This document shows positions 37,003 to 50,412 of a stretch of DNA of 64,000 nt, piece by piece (the stretch's first letter is position 1; the number at the start of each line of letters is the position of its first letter). A program made the position numbers and the translations under genes. The stretch spans positions 95,604,001 to 95,668,000 of the forward strand of contig NC_042999.1 in the NCBI RefSeq assembly GCF_006345805.1, given 5' to 3'. This DNA comes from Octopus sinensis (taxonomy: Eukaryota). The notes under the pieces were generated by a model. That model was given only the letters and a program-made list of their open reading frames with translations, was not told the DNA's origin and ran no database searches.

Positions 37003-40000
37003 TTAATATAAATAGAGAATTGATATAACTTGTATATTTTACAGGTATTTCACAAGGGATGCTAACTTCTCATTTCTTTGTTATACATAGAAATCAAATA
37101 TCACAAACATCACTAAAAGGAATTATTTTATTCTGCCAATTTCCAGAGTTCAACATTTTACTGGCAATCATTTCTAATGCATGTTTTTCCATAATGGCAT
37201 AGATTGGACAGTTCCATACATCAATTCTTATTTGGAGTTATCAACCTCCTCGGTGGGTTGGGACCTTTTCTCATCCATATGTTGCATTTTGGGCACATTT
37301 CTATGGCTGAATTTTAAAATTTTGATTTATAGTGTAAATTTTATAATATGTGTTTATGACTTAAGAAAAATATGTAGAAACAAAGAGAATTTTCCAAAAA
37401 GAAATTCTTACAATACAAAATTGCATACTATGTTTTGTATGAGTCACAGTATGAGTGAAAGTTCAGCTAAACACTATTATTAAATTTGAAGGATGAAGAA
37501 TAATCAAATTTAGAAATAGCTGCTGTAAATTAAGTCAGAATAAATACACTATGTAATATTGTGCTAATTTCAAAATATTACCATGCGTTGTTTATAGTTA
37601 GTAAAGATAGTCTCTTGTAAAAGTGACTCTGTAGAAGCTGCCATGGTTTCTTTACTGAGAATGATATTATCTATGCTTCTTCCCTAAATGTTATGCTAAA
37701 TGAAACCACTACATGATAGTCTTGGACATCACACACTGATTTTATCATTCAATTTGGTTGGTTAGTTTAACTTTTTAAAGTTCTACCCAAAATACCTATT
37801 TGAGAAATAGTGTTTCAGATCTCAGCACTGAGACAGTGGCTGTCTTTTGACATGTCATCAAATATTTCTTCCACTCTGAAAGCCTATCATTTAACTTCCC
37901 TAATTGATCTATTAAGCATGCATATGCATATTTGGACTGATAACAACTCTTGGAAGATACTGTCTGTTGTCCTTAAATGGAATCTATAGTTTCAATTTGA
38001 AAATGAGGAAGAATGCTGAAAGTGTCAGTGGGTAAATCAGGAAAACAAGTAAAATATCATTTGCAGATATAAGCTTCTGAAAATGTCACGTAATTTGTTG
38101 GGAATAGAAGCGTTAAAAAAGAAATTAGAAGCAAAAGAGGTAACAGAGCAGTTGGCCTAGCTGATGAGTTAAATGATTATTAGATCAAACATGATTTTAT
38201 AAAGAAAGAAAAAAATCAATAGGAAAAAAAAGATCATAGCAATAGACCAAAATGTGTGTATGCAGTGATCAAGGGAATAGAACTCTTGATAGAAAAAAAA
38301 ATGTTTCAACATTGCAATGAAGAAAATCAAAACAAAATTTTTCTTTGAGCAGAGTATGATATCGTCCACAATGCACCATATAATTTAATGAACAGATTTT
38401 AGTTTTTAATTGATTGTTTTATTTAATATAATTTACTAAATCTCTGTCCCTTTTTTATTGGTGTTCTTAAAGGTCTTGTGATTTTGTGCCTTTTACCCAA
38501 ATAATGCCATAAACCCTGAAAAAAAATTTAATTCTAAAAGAGATGCTTACATTCCAAAAGGAGTAGAAATAATTGAGATTAATTATATTGCTATCCACTT
38601 TGAAATGAAGACAAATTTTGTGATGAGATATGGCTATTGTTCTTAAATTTCTGTCAGTATGTAACAAAAACTAGTATTAATGGTGCACTGTGAATATATT
38701 TGCCCATACTTAATGTACAATTATATAAATACATAAAAGAAACTGGTTGATATTGAAATGTAGTCATTAATAAATGACAGATATTTAATTGAAACAGTTA
38801 TGAATGCTAATTAAGTGCTTAAGACCAAAGTGGATATTGCAGGTGTAAAGATAGAGAGAAGGGGAAGTAGTGAAAGTGGGTATGAAATGTAGTAATGGCA
38901 GAGTTGATAAGCAGGCCAAAAGTGGATAAATAGGCTAAAAATATAAGACAAACAAAAAATATTACAAAGGTCTGGACTACTTGAAATATGGGGGAAAAAA
39001 TGGGAAAAAGTTACTAATTGAAAGGAAAAGGGGAAAGAATATATGCTGAAATATGCAGCTGGAGATAATAAGATTGGTTGAAAAATAGTATCAGAATAGT
39101 AGTGGTAAAACTACAAATATATTACATTGCAGATGTATAAGTGGTAGCTGAAGTAAATGTTGCAGGCTTAGTAAAAGTAGTATATGCCAATATGTATATG
39201 ATTTCTTACATTTTTATTGGCAGATTAAGAGAATTTTTACTATCATACACTATATATTTGGTTAGTGTGCGGCTGCAATCATATATTTTTGCTAATTGAA
39301 TTCATTTCAGTTCACTCTTTCTTGCATTCAAGTGTGAATCAAGTAATTGTGCATATTAAATTATTGTTATTGTATTTACTATAGGAGCAATACATATGTA
39401 GATAGGCAGATATATATATATTTATTGTGTTTCTTCACAAATATCTTCAACATTGTCTCATATAGTTAAAATATTGGAAAAGTGATTTAGTTTATTTTCC
39501 CTTTATGTAAAAGTATTCTGTATTATTGACTTTATTAATATGACATTATATTACTATATGTTACTTATTGTAATTTGTATGTGACTATTCATTATACCCC
39601 TGACTTGGAGGAATTCAATAATTTTACAAGCTAATATTGCATTTACTTCATGAAAAAAAAATGATTGATTTCAGTTTATATTCATATTTATTAGGTATGT
39701 ATATATGTATTAGTTTGAATCACATCCTCACTCATTTAAAAATCTATAGCTATTTTTCTTGCAATCTGTTAAATACATCTGCAGTATAGCATTTTCTAGA
39801 TTGTGCAGTATTTGGTTAGTTTCTTCTTTTTTTTCTGTAAGCTTCAAGCTGTTTTAAGGGTTGACATCTGGCTATCATAGCTACCTTCCCAGTTGCCAGC
39901 TTCTACAGCTGTTTATAAAAGCCTTAACAGTAACTTCACTAGTTTTTAATGCCAATGTCAATGTGTAAAAATATATTAGATGCTACAATGAATGTAAATG

Positions 40001-40454
40001 GGGATGTAAAGCTAAGGACAGTGAAAGAGCACAAGATCATTGCTTAGTAATTCGTAATTTTCAACTATATCTAGAGTTTCATCAAGATAGTAGAGAACTG
40101 TAAATTCAACCAAAACAAACAAAAATGTGTGATAACTGTTAAAAAAAGTGTTATTCATATTCATATTTATTGATAAATCAATTTAGCTGTGATAAGTTAT
40201 ATCAACCATGGTCAAATATAAATGTGAAGTAAGATTTATTTTCTGCTTCAAGAAAATAATACACAGAAAAGATGACTGCCACAGATATATTCAAAAGGAG
40301 TGAATATTATTGATATAGTCAAAAGAAGTGAATGCTGCTGATATAGAAATGAACACATCATTCTGCAAACCTGGTGGTGATATCTGTTCATTTGATTTTA
40401 TGTCCATCTTTGTATGCTGTTGTAGGTTAAACAAATATATTATTGATGCATTGT

Positions 40455-40798
40455 TTCACTGCTGGATACCCTTCTTGTTACCAACACTTACCTGTTTTCC
40501 AAGTAAGGGATCTCTACTTTTGCATGGTTTTGAATGCACAAAAGTAACAGATAATCTGTTGCCAGGGGAAATGACTAGAAAAATACAGCTAATATTCAAG
40601 CAATTTTCAGATAAGTGAAAATGTGAGTACACACGTACACACATGACTTCTTTCAGTTTCAATCAATCAGATATACTCATAAGGCTGTGGTCAGTCAGAT
40701 GCTTTACTAGAAATTACTTGCCTGTACCATATAGTAGGACTGAACCTGAAACCATGTAGTTGAGAAAGAGCTTCTTAACAACATAGCTATGCCTGCAC
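40455..40798 (-). mobile_element. Degenerate tRNA-SINE with RTE-type tail
   Basis: SINE head in reverse (GGACTGAACCTGAAACCATGTAGTTG..GCTATGCCTGCAC) joined to the GCTGGATACCCTTCTTGTTACCAAC tail module. Confidence 0.6.
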
Positions 40799-40801
40799 TT
40801 G

Positions 40802-42002
40802 CAAGGTGGTATCAAAAAGTTCCTGGACTAGTTATGTTTGAGAGAAAATAACTTAATAAAAAATTCTTTTTGAGCATTGGGCCTCAGGAAGGCAAAGTGA
40901 CTGAGTTCCTTTCAAGAGTTGGGCCTCACAGAGGCAATGACTGAGACGATTGGAATTATGTTGTGCTTGAGAAGACCCGTCAAGCTGAGCAAAATCACAG
41001 TCATGGAAGATACAAATGTCATGCAAATGACACCCACGCCTGTGGCATGTAAAAGCACCCAATACACTCTCAGAGTGGTTGGCATTAGGAAGGGCATCCA
41101 GCCATAGAAAACCATGCCAGATCAGACTGAGGTCTGGTGAGCCTTCCAGCTTACCAGCCTTGCTCAAACCACCCAACTCATGCCAGCATGGACAACAGAC
41201 GTTAAATGATGATGATGAACTTATTTACCCAAGTTTTAACATCATCCCCTTTGAAATAGTTACATTATGCAGCAATACATTGGAATCCAGCCTGAAAATC
41301 ATTTTCCGTAAGCAAGTTGAGGACCTTTACAAATTCACTCTGAATCTCAACAACAGTGGTAAAATGGTGACCTTTGAGCTGCATTTTCATCTTGGGGAAA
41401 GCCTGAAAGTCTGCAGGTGCTAAATCTGGCAAATACAGCAGGTGTGGAAGCAATATTGTGTTGTTTTTGGTGAGAAACTTGTGAGTGAGGAGAGCTTGGT
41501 GACAAGTGCATTGTTGTCATGAAGAATGCAATTCTTCACACTCCACAGATCTGGTCATTTTCACTGAATGTTCCCCCTCAAACATTTCAAAACATCACAG
41601 TAGAACTTTTGATTGATGGTCTGGCCTTGGGGGACAACTTCTATGTACAATACCCCATTTCCAAGGATGATGCTTGTGGCAACACTTCTAGATTGCCACA
41701 AGCTTTTCAAGCACCCATGCTACTTGAAACATTGCATACAACCTGTTGCTGCACCACCGTAAGCTTGCTGAAGCATGTTCAATGTCCCTATAGCAGACTT
41801 CCCAAGTTGAACACGAGATTTCATGTTAGCTCTTTGTTCCTGTCCATGACAAAAAATCACAGACTACAGCATACACATGATAAAAAGAAGCACAAATTTC
41901 ACAAATTGTGAAGTAAACGCAGCAAATTCACTTGGCACACTGCCCCATGAAGGTCACTGCTAGCAACTGCATACTGCCATCTGTTAGTGCACTACAGAAC
42001 TA
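40802..42002 (-). mobile_element. mariner transposon remnant, internally deleted, interrupted by RTE insertion
   Basis: ORF 41265-41453 LPHLLYLPDLAPADFQAFPKMKMQLKGHHF matches the HPPYSPDLAP.DF motif. ILHDNNA upstream. N-terminal LGKSA..TLNMLQQAYG near 41760-41810. TIR-like CAAGGTGGTATCAAAAAGTTCCTGGACT at 40802. Confidence 0.85.
40856..41217 (+). mobile_element. 5'-truncated RTE LINE (ORF2 end, 3' UTR, (GAT)n), AACTTA TSD
   Basis: LGLTEAMT end of ORF, GGAAGGGCATCCAGCC, GACGTTAAATGATGATGATG. AACTTA at 40850-55 and 41218-23. Confidence 0.85.
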
Positions 42003-42870
42003 ATATATATATATATGTCCAGGGCTGTTGCATGACTTTTAGAGGCCCCCTGCAACTTTTTGTTTCAAGGCCTCATCTCTTCACTCAAAATTCATAATTT
42101 ATGCACCTTTTATTCATACCTATATTTTACTTAATTCTAACTGAAGTTCAATATTTCACATTATCCTAAAGAACATCTTTAAAAGTACAAGTTAATTTAT
42201 TTATGGCTTGAACTATCATATTATTTCATATTTAGAAAGGCCAATATTTAATAGGGTTGAATATTTATCCAATGGACTCACAAATATCAGAAGGCAAGCA
42301 TTTCAAAATAACAACTGTGAAGCATAGTTGTCTCAGCTTTTGTATGCAAAGAAGTTTATTTGAGGATGTTACAAAAATTTTCAGTCCAAAACAAAAGCAA
42401 ACTATTTCAAATTATATATTTTTGAAAAATTATTGTGAATGTTCTCAAAGACTTGATAACAGTAGAAAAAGCCTTTTTTTAATTCTATATTTCACTGTTA
42501 GATGTTGCAATATTTCAATTGGACAGACAATACTACAATTCAAACTGCAAAGTCAAAATAACGAAGATGAAAAACATGAAGAATTTCTTACTTTTCTCTG
42601 AAATCACAAATTCAAGGGAAAATAGTACCTTACAAAATAAAATACCTCAATCCACAAACTAGTTACAACTGAAGAATTGAGATGCTTGGTGACAGTGAGC
42701 AAACAATATCTGTATCCCTATATATGTACACAGATAGATACACACACACACAAACTTCTGAAGAAACTGCACCTGTATTATAGTAGGGTTTCAATTGCAA
42801 TAGATACTAATTGATGTAGTAGAAACATGTAGGTCTATTTGAAGCTGTGTATATATATAAATATACATCT

Positions 42871-43119
42871 TCATCATCATCATCATCGTTTAACGTCCGT
42901 TTTCCGTGCTAGCACGGGTTGGACGGTTCGACTGGGGTCTGGGAAGTCAGGGGCTGCACCAGGCTCCAGTCTGATCTGGCAGTGTTTCTACAGCTGGATG
43001 CCCTTCCTAACGCCAACCACTCCACGAGTGTAGTGGGTGCTTTTTATGTGTCACCGGCACAGGTGCCAGAGGAGTCTGGCAGCAGCCATGATCGGTTGGT
43101 GCTTTTAACGTGCCACCGG

Positions 43120-43121
<2 letters not shown>
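42871..43121 (-). mobile_element. RTE LINE 3' end
   Basis: Close match to 14044-14270, with a single copy of the ~63-bp unit. Confidence 0.85.
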
Positions 43122-43165
<44 letters not shown>

Positions 43166-43168
<3 letters not shown>

Positions 43169-43532
43169 TCTGCTCTTTTACTCGTTTCAGTCATTTGACT
43201 GCAACCATGCTGGAGCACCACCTTTAGTCGAGCAAATCAACCCAAGGACTTATTCTTTGTAAGCCTAGTACTTATTCTATCGTTCTCTTTTGCCGAATCG
43301 CTAAGTTACAGGGATGTAGACACACCAGCATTAGTTGCCAAGCGATGTTGGGGGGACAAACACAGACATATATACAACGGGCTTCTTTCAGTTTCTGCCT
43401 ACCAAATCCACTCAAGGCTTTGGTCGGCCCGAGGTTATAATAGAAGACACTTGCACAAGGTACCATGCAGTGGGACTGAACCCAGAATCATGTGGTTGGT
43501 AAGCAAGCTACATAACACATAGCCACTCCTGT
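43166..43532 (-). mobile_element. tRNA-derived SINE, full length (family of 7544-7946)
   Basis: Reverse complement of the 7544 element. Confidence 0.9.
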
Positions 43533-43539
43533 GGAATTA

Positions 43540-44362
43540 AAGGTAGGTCCCACTCCTGAGCTATATGGTTGTTATATTAGTGACTGTATCAGTGTGACCT
43601 CACTCTCTCACGAATAACTGGACTCCTTCCTCTCCTTTGTCCTATCCTTTCATCTTGCTCTCGAATTCTTCTGCACTATCTCTAATACATCTGCACTATC
43701 TTTAACTCTTCTGTCAATTCTTGACATTTTTGTCAGCACACACTACTCCAATTTCAGTACCTGCATCCACTACAAACAAACTGATGCACTCTTACCTTAA
43801 CTTCTCCTCCTCTCATCCTACCCAAACCAAGTTCTCCATCCCCTACTCCCAATTCTTCCATCTACGCAGGCTCTGCAGTGATGATCATGAATCTAAGACT
43901 CAGTTTCAACTCATGGCTTGCCACTTCATCCAACGTAGATACCCCCTCACCATTATCTACACTGCCCTTGCCCAGGCATGATCTGTGTACCATGCGTCTG
44001 CTCTTTCTCCTTGCACCTGCCCCACCCTTATCCATCACCCATTTCCCTTCACCTGCCACCCTTCTAATGCACTTCTACCCTTCCAATGCACCATTCTCCA
44101 AGTCTTCTGGCAACCCCAGTCTGACCCCTCCACCTCACACAGCTTCCTTAACCTATCTATTCCCTCCTTTAAATGAGCCCACAACATGCATGACCACAGT
44201 TTCTTCTCTACCCCTGCCTCCCAGCTTGGCTCCTTCCCTTGCTCATGCCCACACTGTCACACCTGCCCCTACCTTTCCAACACTACCATCATCACAGGCA
44301 CCTATCACTGCCCCTGTCACATCACTGATTCTTTTACTTGCACCTCTAGTAATGTGTATTCA
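43540..44362 (+). mobile_element. Penelope-like retroelement fragment (RT thumb, Cys linker, start of GIY-YIG), Neptune-like
   Basis: HSYLNFSSSHPTQTKFSIPYSQFFHLRRLCSDD (ORF 43721) and GSFPCSCPHCHTCPY..ITDSFTCTSSNVY (ORF 44186) are typical PLE motifs. Frameshifted. Confidence 0.9.
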
Positions 44363-44859
44363 GATATAGAAAGCATGTCAAAGTAGACATTGGAGTGTGA
44401 AACAGTCATCCAACTTGTTGGACCCTGCCAAATTCTCCAAACCATGCTGTCATGGAAGCCAGGTATTAAATGATGATGACGAGTGAGCTGGATGCAAGAG
44501 AATTTGCTTTATGTTTGCATGATCCACTGGCAAATCTGCAAGTTGTGTGTACTTTCATACAAATGGGTCTAGAGATAGTCCAATGTGTTACACATTATTT
44601 TATGTTTCTGACTACCACATGTTCTCATTGAGTAATGGTATCAATATATAAAATAAACAGATTGTTTATAGAAAACTATAGTCAGTCATATCAGCATTGA
44701 TGGCAATTCATTTACACTCAGCTGCAACTCCGCTAGTTGAAAACATGATTATTGAGCTAGTTACTATTCTGTATGTTAGAATAAAACTACATCTTAATTA
44801 ATGATTTCATAACTGGTCTGCTGTTCTCATTAGCAGAACTGCTGTCCGTATTATGTCTG

Positions 44860-45005
44860 ACACTTTATAGCTAAACAACTGTTTATCACTCTTAAAGGTA
44901 GTACTTCATAGCTACTCTACTGTCTATCACTGTTATGGGTAGTACTTCATAGTTGGTCTGCTGTTTGTTACTGTTAGATATAGTACTCCTGATCTAGTCT
45001 GCTAG
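44860..45005. repeat. Degenerate 41-bp minisatellite, about 3-4 units
   Basis: TAGTACT at 44899, 44940 and 44981, with shared CTGT.TATCACTGTTA context. Confidence 0.7.
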
Positions 45006-45799
45006 CCATCTTTACTATGTCTGTTACAAGACAGCTGATAACACTGCTGCTCAGCTATATTGACTATTCTTGCCACTACAGGTTAGACTGAATCCTGGAA
45101 AACCAATACAAACAATTGTTGTAGTCATCTCTTCTCTGTCAGCTCTTTTACACTACTCTATTTTAATTCTAACTTAGGCAATATGTATGCCTGTTAATAT
45201 TGCACTGGTTTAAGTTACTGTTTTGTTAGAGATAATGACCATGTAGATTGAGTTGTTGACACCATTGAGTATAAGCAGATGAATGAGATGGCACATTGGT
45301 CTGAAACTGATCAGCGAGATTGCAACTATTGTTGATAAATTAAATGTACCAGTTTTGTTCCAGAAAGTAATGATGTACAGTAGTATTGATGTCAATTAGT
45401 TACCAAGGAAATTAGACTCCAAAATTTGGGGTTTATGGTCACTTTACTGACATGCTGTGAATTTGACAATATGATATCATTATTGTAATGATAATAGGAC
45501 ATATATCCATATGGTATGACATATTTTAGTCTTTAACAAAAGAAGTAGTCTTTAATGGAATACAGTGGACCTTAATAGAACTGGTTTTTCAGTAGTATAT
45601 GCTTTAGTCATAGTAAGTAGCCTTTGACAATCAGATTCTGTTGCACATTCCTCTGTATGACACTCACTATACTTTTTCTGTCTTTCTCTGGATGTGTGTG
45701 CACATGTGTCTCTGTATATATGTTATGTATGTATACATGTTTCTGTGTAAACACATATATACATATATGTATGCATGCATATATCCATCCATCCATCTT

Positions 45800-46205
45800 C
45801 ATTGTCATTATCATTGTTTTAGATGATATATATTTAGGCAGATTTTCTATGGCCAGATGCCCTTCTTGTCACCATCCCTTCACTTGTTTCCAAACATGTT
45901 AATATTTCCCCATGGCCAGACATATTTTCACTGATTATTCAAAATGAATGATTTTTATTTACAAAAATCACATGATGTCAAGACAAAGAGATAAACATAC
46001 AAACATTGACACCTGTCTATATCTAGCTATCTATCTATACTTTCACTCATACACATCCACACACACACACACACACATGACAAGCTTCTTTCAATTTCTG
46101 TCTACCAAATCTACTCAAAACTTTGGTTGGCCTGGGGTGATAGTAGAAAACATTTGTCCTGAATGCCACACAGTGAGACTTGAACCCCAAACTTCTTAAC
46201 CATAC
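45800..46205 (-). mobile_element. Degenerate tRNA-SINE with RTE-type tail
   Basis: GATTTTCTATGGCCAGATGCCCTTCTTGTCACC..CCCCATGGCCAGACAT, then (CA)n and the SINE head GCTTCTTTCAATTTCTGTCTACCAAATC..TAGTAGAAAACATTTG. Confidence 0.65.
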
Positions 46206-46584
46206 ATCCACATCTGTACACAAACACACACACACACACGTATATACACATCTACACACAGACATGTTTATGTATTTACGTGTTTGTGTACATAAAGGCT
46301 ATATATGTATGTATGTGTGTATACACATACTGTAGAAAACTTTTTAATAAAATATTTTGTATGTGAATAAATCTCCACTCTCCTCTTGGTTTTCAGTTAT
46401 ATATATATATATATATACTTGCTATACATGTACATCTCCGTAATTTTTATTGTTTATATGCCATTACCAGAAATATATTACTAAACTATATAAAAGTAGT
46501 GCTCAGAATATCTTTTATAATGTGATTCTTTTCAGCTTTATGGACAACTGACCAATATAGATATATATACACACACACATATAT

Positions 46585-47257
46585 CAGGGGCGTGCAGTGA
46601 TCTTTCTGGCTGGGGAAGCAATGACCAAAATTTTCTGTAACATAGATATTTGAATCAAATTGACATGTTCATGTTATATAGCTATTTAAAAAATTTTTTT
46701 AAATGACATTTTCTATTAGGGGTGTTCCGTAATTTGAAAAAGTATAAAATATTAGTTAATTAAACGCAGAAAACTACACGCATTATCTTTCCACCATTTT
46801 TTTTTATGGAAGCCGAATGTTGACTTGCTTCCCTTTTCCTCTGTAAGTGTTACATAACATAAGATTATATATATCATAGGTATTGTGAATTGACAGAAAC
46901 TCAATCTAAGAGTATAAGTATTTATTAGCATCTAAAACTATTCATTATCAGCTCTTACTAGGAAAAATTGTTTTTGTGGCATTTTTATCAGAAAAAATGT
47001 TAAAATATTACACTGCAAAGGCTGCAACAGCTCACATTGCTTCCCTTGCACAGATTTATTGTGTCGTCTGCCACTGCTTGTCATCTCATGCTAATTCTGA
47101 CGAAGTCTGAAGCCTGTGATGTCATGTAGTTTATACTAATTTTACAGAACATTACAAGAACGATCTTATGGAAAATAAGAAACATAGTTTCAATTTTGTT
47201 TCTATAATTTTTAAGGGAAGCATTGCTTTCCTTGCTTCCATGGACTGCATGTCTATG
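46585..47257. mobile_element. hAT-like MITE
   Basis: Ends CAGGGGCGTGCAGT / ACTGCATGTCTATG (imperfect TIR). Flanks ACATATAT / ATATATAT (7 of 8 match, low complexity). Subterminal GGGAAGCA/TGCTTCC motifs. Confidence 0.5.
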
Positions 47258-48185
47258 ATATATATATACATACAGACAGACACATGATCATCATTTCATA
47301 CCTGCATTTCCACGTAGTTATAGGTTAGTGGGTTGGAAGATCACATCATACTTCAGTGTCTCAGTTTTGGCATGGTGTTTACAGTTTTCCCATCAATCAA
47401 ATTTATATATTTTATTCAACTTTACTTCTGTCTACAACAAAAGGAATAATATTTTTATAACATTTCTTTGATGAATTTTCTTTACATATTCTCCATCAAA
47501 ATTGATAGTGTTTGCATACTAATGAATGATGCACACAACCAATTACTAAATCTTGATCTTTGTGACTTCTCCACTCCTCAATAGCCATGTTTACTTACAT
47601 CCAGAAATTTACAGTGTTTCAAAGGATTAACTTGAAAATATCTTTCAGCATTTAGCTATGTCATGTATTCACCACTCAATAAATTGTTAATGCCAAGAAT
47701 AACCCCATATTTGATATCAAACAAATTACAGGAATATTGCTGTAATATTTGTATTTTTGTATTTGTAAACTAGAAAGCATGGGATACTTACTGTTTAAAA
47801 TTCAGAAAATATTTCCTATATACTTCCATTATTTATTTTCTTATGGTTATAGCCACAGTATTCTTTAAAGTGTTTATTGTTTCTTACATTATTTAATATT
47901 TACTTCTAAGTTCATTGAAGATTTGAATTTTAGCAGTCTACATTTAAAAAAAAATTTGACTTTTTTTTGTCATAATGCATATTGTACCATCTGTTTATTT
48001 TTTAGTTTTGATTCTTCTCCAATATCTCACTTTGCACATTTCTACATTTTCATTTCGTGCACACTTTTCCTCTCTAAGTTTCTCATACCTCTGCACTTCA
48101 CTTTCATATTTCAACATTTTCATTGTCAATATCTGTTGTTGGGCTACTCATGGTTTCCTTATAACAGTTATTCTTTTATTGTTAT

Positions 48186-49710
48186 TGGGCAACATACAGG
48201 GGGCTTCCATGGTGTACAGGGAGGCTACGGTTTTGGTTCCCGCAATGAGGAGGGAACCAGACTACTAGAGTTCTGTGATGCAAATGATCTTATGGCTTGC
48301 AATACTAACTTCAGGAAACCTGCCAGTCACCTAGTCACCTACTGTTCTGGCAGACACACTCACCAAATTGACTACATCCTTGCCAGAAAAAGGGAAAGAT
48401 GGCTGCTTATAAATGCTAAAACCTTCCCAGGCAATGAATGTACCCCACAACATAGACAGGTAGTTAGTGACTTCAGGAGCAGGGCTAAATGGATGTCCAG
48501 AAGACGACCAGCATGGAGGAGAAGGGTCTGGAAGCTTAAAGATCCTGCGAATGGACAGAGATTTAGAGATGTATTACTCGAAGCTTTTGACAAAATAGAA
48601 AGGGATATAGCTTCACACGATGTGGAAGTCAACTGGAGGTTTCTACGGGACAACCTGCTGAGGGCCACTGACCAGATCTGTGGATGGTGCAAAGTCCCTT
48701 CTCGACCTAAAATAATGTGGTGGTGGAACAATGTTGTTGACAGGGCTATTAGAGAAAAGAAACAGGCTTGGAAGGACTGGAAGAATGGGGGTAGTAAGGA
48801 ATTGTATCAGACTACCAGAAGGGAAGCTAGGAGACAGGTTTATTTAGCCAGAGAAGAAGCAGATAAGAAAAAATTTGCCAATGTTCTGCACCATGAGGAC
48901 CAAAGACTTGAGGTGCTTCTTGTTGCAAGACAGTATGTGAAAGAGAATCATGATGTCATAGGAGAGAAATGGATCTGCATAGATGATGGTTCACTTGCAC
49001 TTAACAAGGCTGCAAAGTGAGAGGTCTGGAGACGCTACTATGAAAGGTTGCTCAATAAAGAGAATAAATGGGAGAAAGAGAATCTGCTGAATGTCGACCC
49101 AACAGAGGGACCAGCTATCCAAATTGAGAGTACCTTCTAGATAAAGCAATTAAGAGTATGAAGACAGGGAAAGCCCCTGGCCCATCAGGAATCACCGCAA
49201 AGATGCTCAAAATATCTGGCGGTGTTGGCTATAGCCTCGTCACCTGTATAGTTAATCAGGTGATACATGAAGGAGTCATACCCAATGACTGGTGTAGCAT
49301 CACCATAGTCAACTGCTACAAAGGTAAAGGTAATGCTTAAGATACAAATAATTACAGAGGTATCAAGTTGTTGGATCAGGTAATGAAGGTCACAGAGAGG
49401 GTCATAGCCCAACTAATTAGGGAAAGAGTCAGTTTAGATGAGATGCAGTTTGGGTTCATGTCAGAGAAAAGCAACACTGATGCTATATTTCTGCTAAGAC
49501 AGCTGCAAAAGAAATACCTAGCCAAAGATAAACCTCTGTACCTGGCTTTCATTGACATGGAGAAAGCCTTTGACAGGGTCCCCCGATCCCTTATCTGGTG
49601 GCCAATGAGGAAACTAGGGATAGATGAATGGTTAGTGAGAGCTGTGCAAGCCATGTACAGGGATGCTGTCAGTAAGGTGAGGGTTGGCAACAAGTACAGT
49701 GAAGAGTTCA
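48186..49710 (+). mobile_element. RTE LINE ORF fragment (AP endonuclease C-half to RT N-half), pseudogenised
   Basis: GGYGFGSRNEEGTRLLEFC..NTNFRK..QIDYIL (APE); MKTGKAPGPSGIT; QFGF..TDAIFLLRQLQ..LYLAFIDMEKAFDRVPR (RT). Contains stops and frameshifts. The ORF N-terminus 47923-48185 is flanking read-through. Confidence 0.95.
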
Positions 49711-50035
49711 CAGCTAACTCCTTTATTTTTCTACACTTTCAATTCTTCCATTGTGTACTTTTTATAGAAAATCAACTTATATCCTATTTTTACTTTATAT
49801 GAGCATTTCACTTCATGTCAGTTGAATTTACTTACACAGCTCAGACACTTAAACAAACAGAAAAGTAGTGGTACCTAACAAGTTACATATCATGTCACTA
49901 TATACATATCTATATAAGCTCTCACCTTCCCATTTTTAGAAATGTATATTTTAGCATATATTTCACTGATATGTAATTGTCTACTTTTATAAATCTACCT
50001 GAGATCAAGGAATGCTCTTTTTTATGATATAAACA

Positions 50036-50412
50036 ATCATCATCATCATCGTAACATACATTTTCCCATGCTCGTTTGGGTCAAACAGAATATGTGGTGG
50101 TAGATTTTCTACAGCTAGATGCTCTTCCTGTTGCCAATGCTCACCAAGTAAGGTGATATTCCCACATTGCCAGACATATTTCCATGGAAGATTGGAAATG
50201 CGATACTGCTTATATGAGGGTTGCACTCATTTATGACGATCATGCAATGTTAAGACAAGGAGACACTAACATAGACACATACAGATGCATACATGTACAT
50301 ATATATTCTTTCAGTTTTTTTAGCCCAGGGCTATAGTAGAAGACACTTGTTCAAGGTGTCTGCTATGGAACAGAACATGAAACCATGTGGTTGGGAAGAA
50401 AGCTTCTTAGCT
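50036..50412 (-). mobile_element. tRNA-SINE with RTE-type (GAT)n tail
   Basis: (CAT)n..TTTCTACAGCTAGATGCTCTTCCTGTTGCCAA..GCTATAGTAGAAGACACTTG..AAACCATGTGGTTGGGAAG. Confidence 0.7.

Noticed and set aside
42020-42075. hAT-like left end CAGGGCTG..AGAGGCCCC
   Set aside because: No matching right TIR or TSD found.
47923-49020. 365-aa ORF as an intact gene with a hydrophobic N-terminus
   Set aside because: The first ~88 codons are T-rich flank read into a truncated RTE endonuclease, and the downstream RT is broken.
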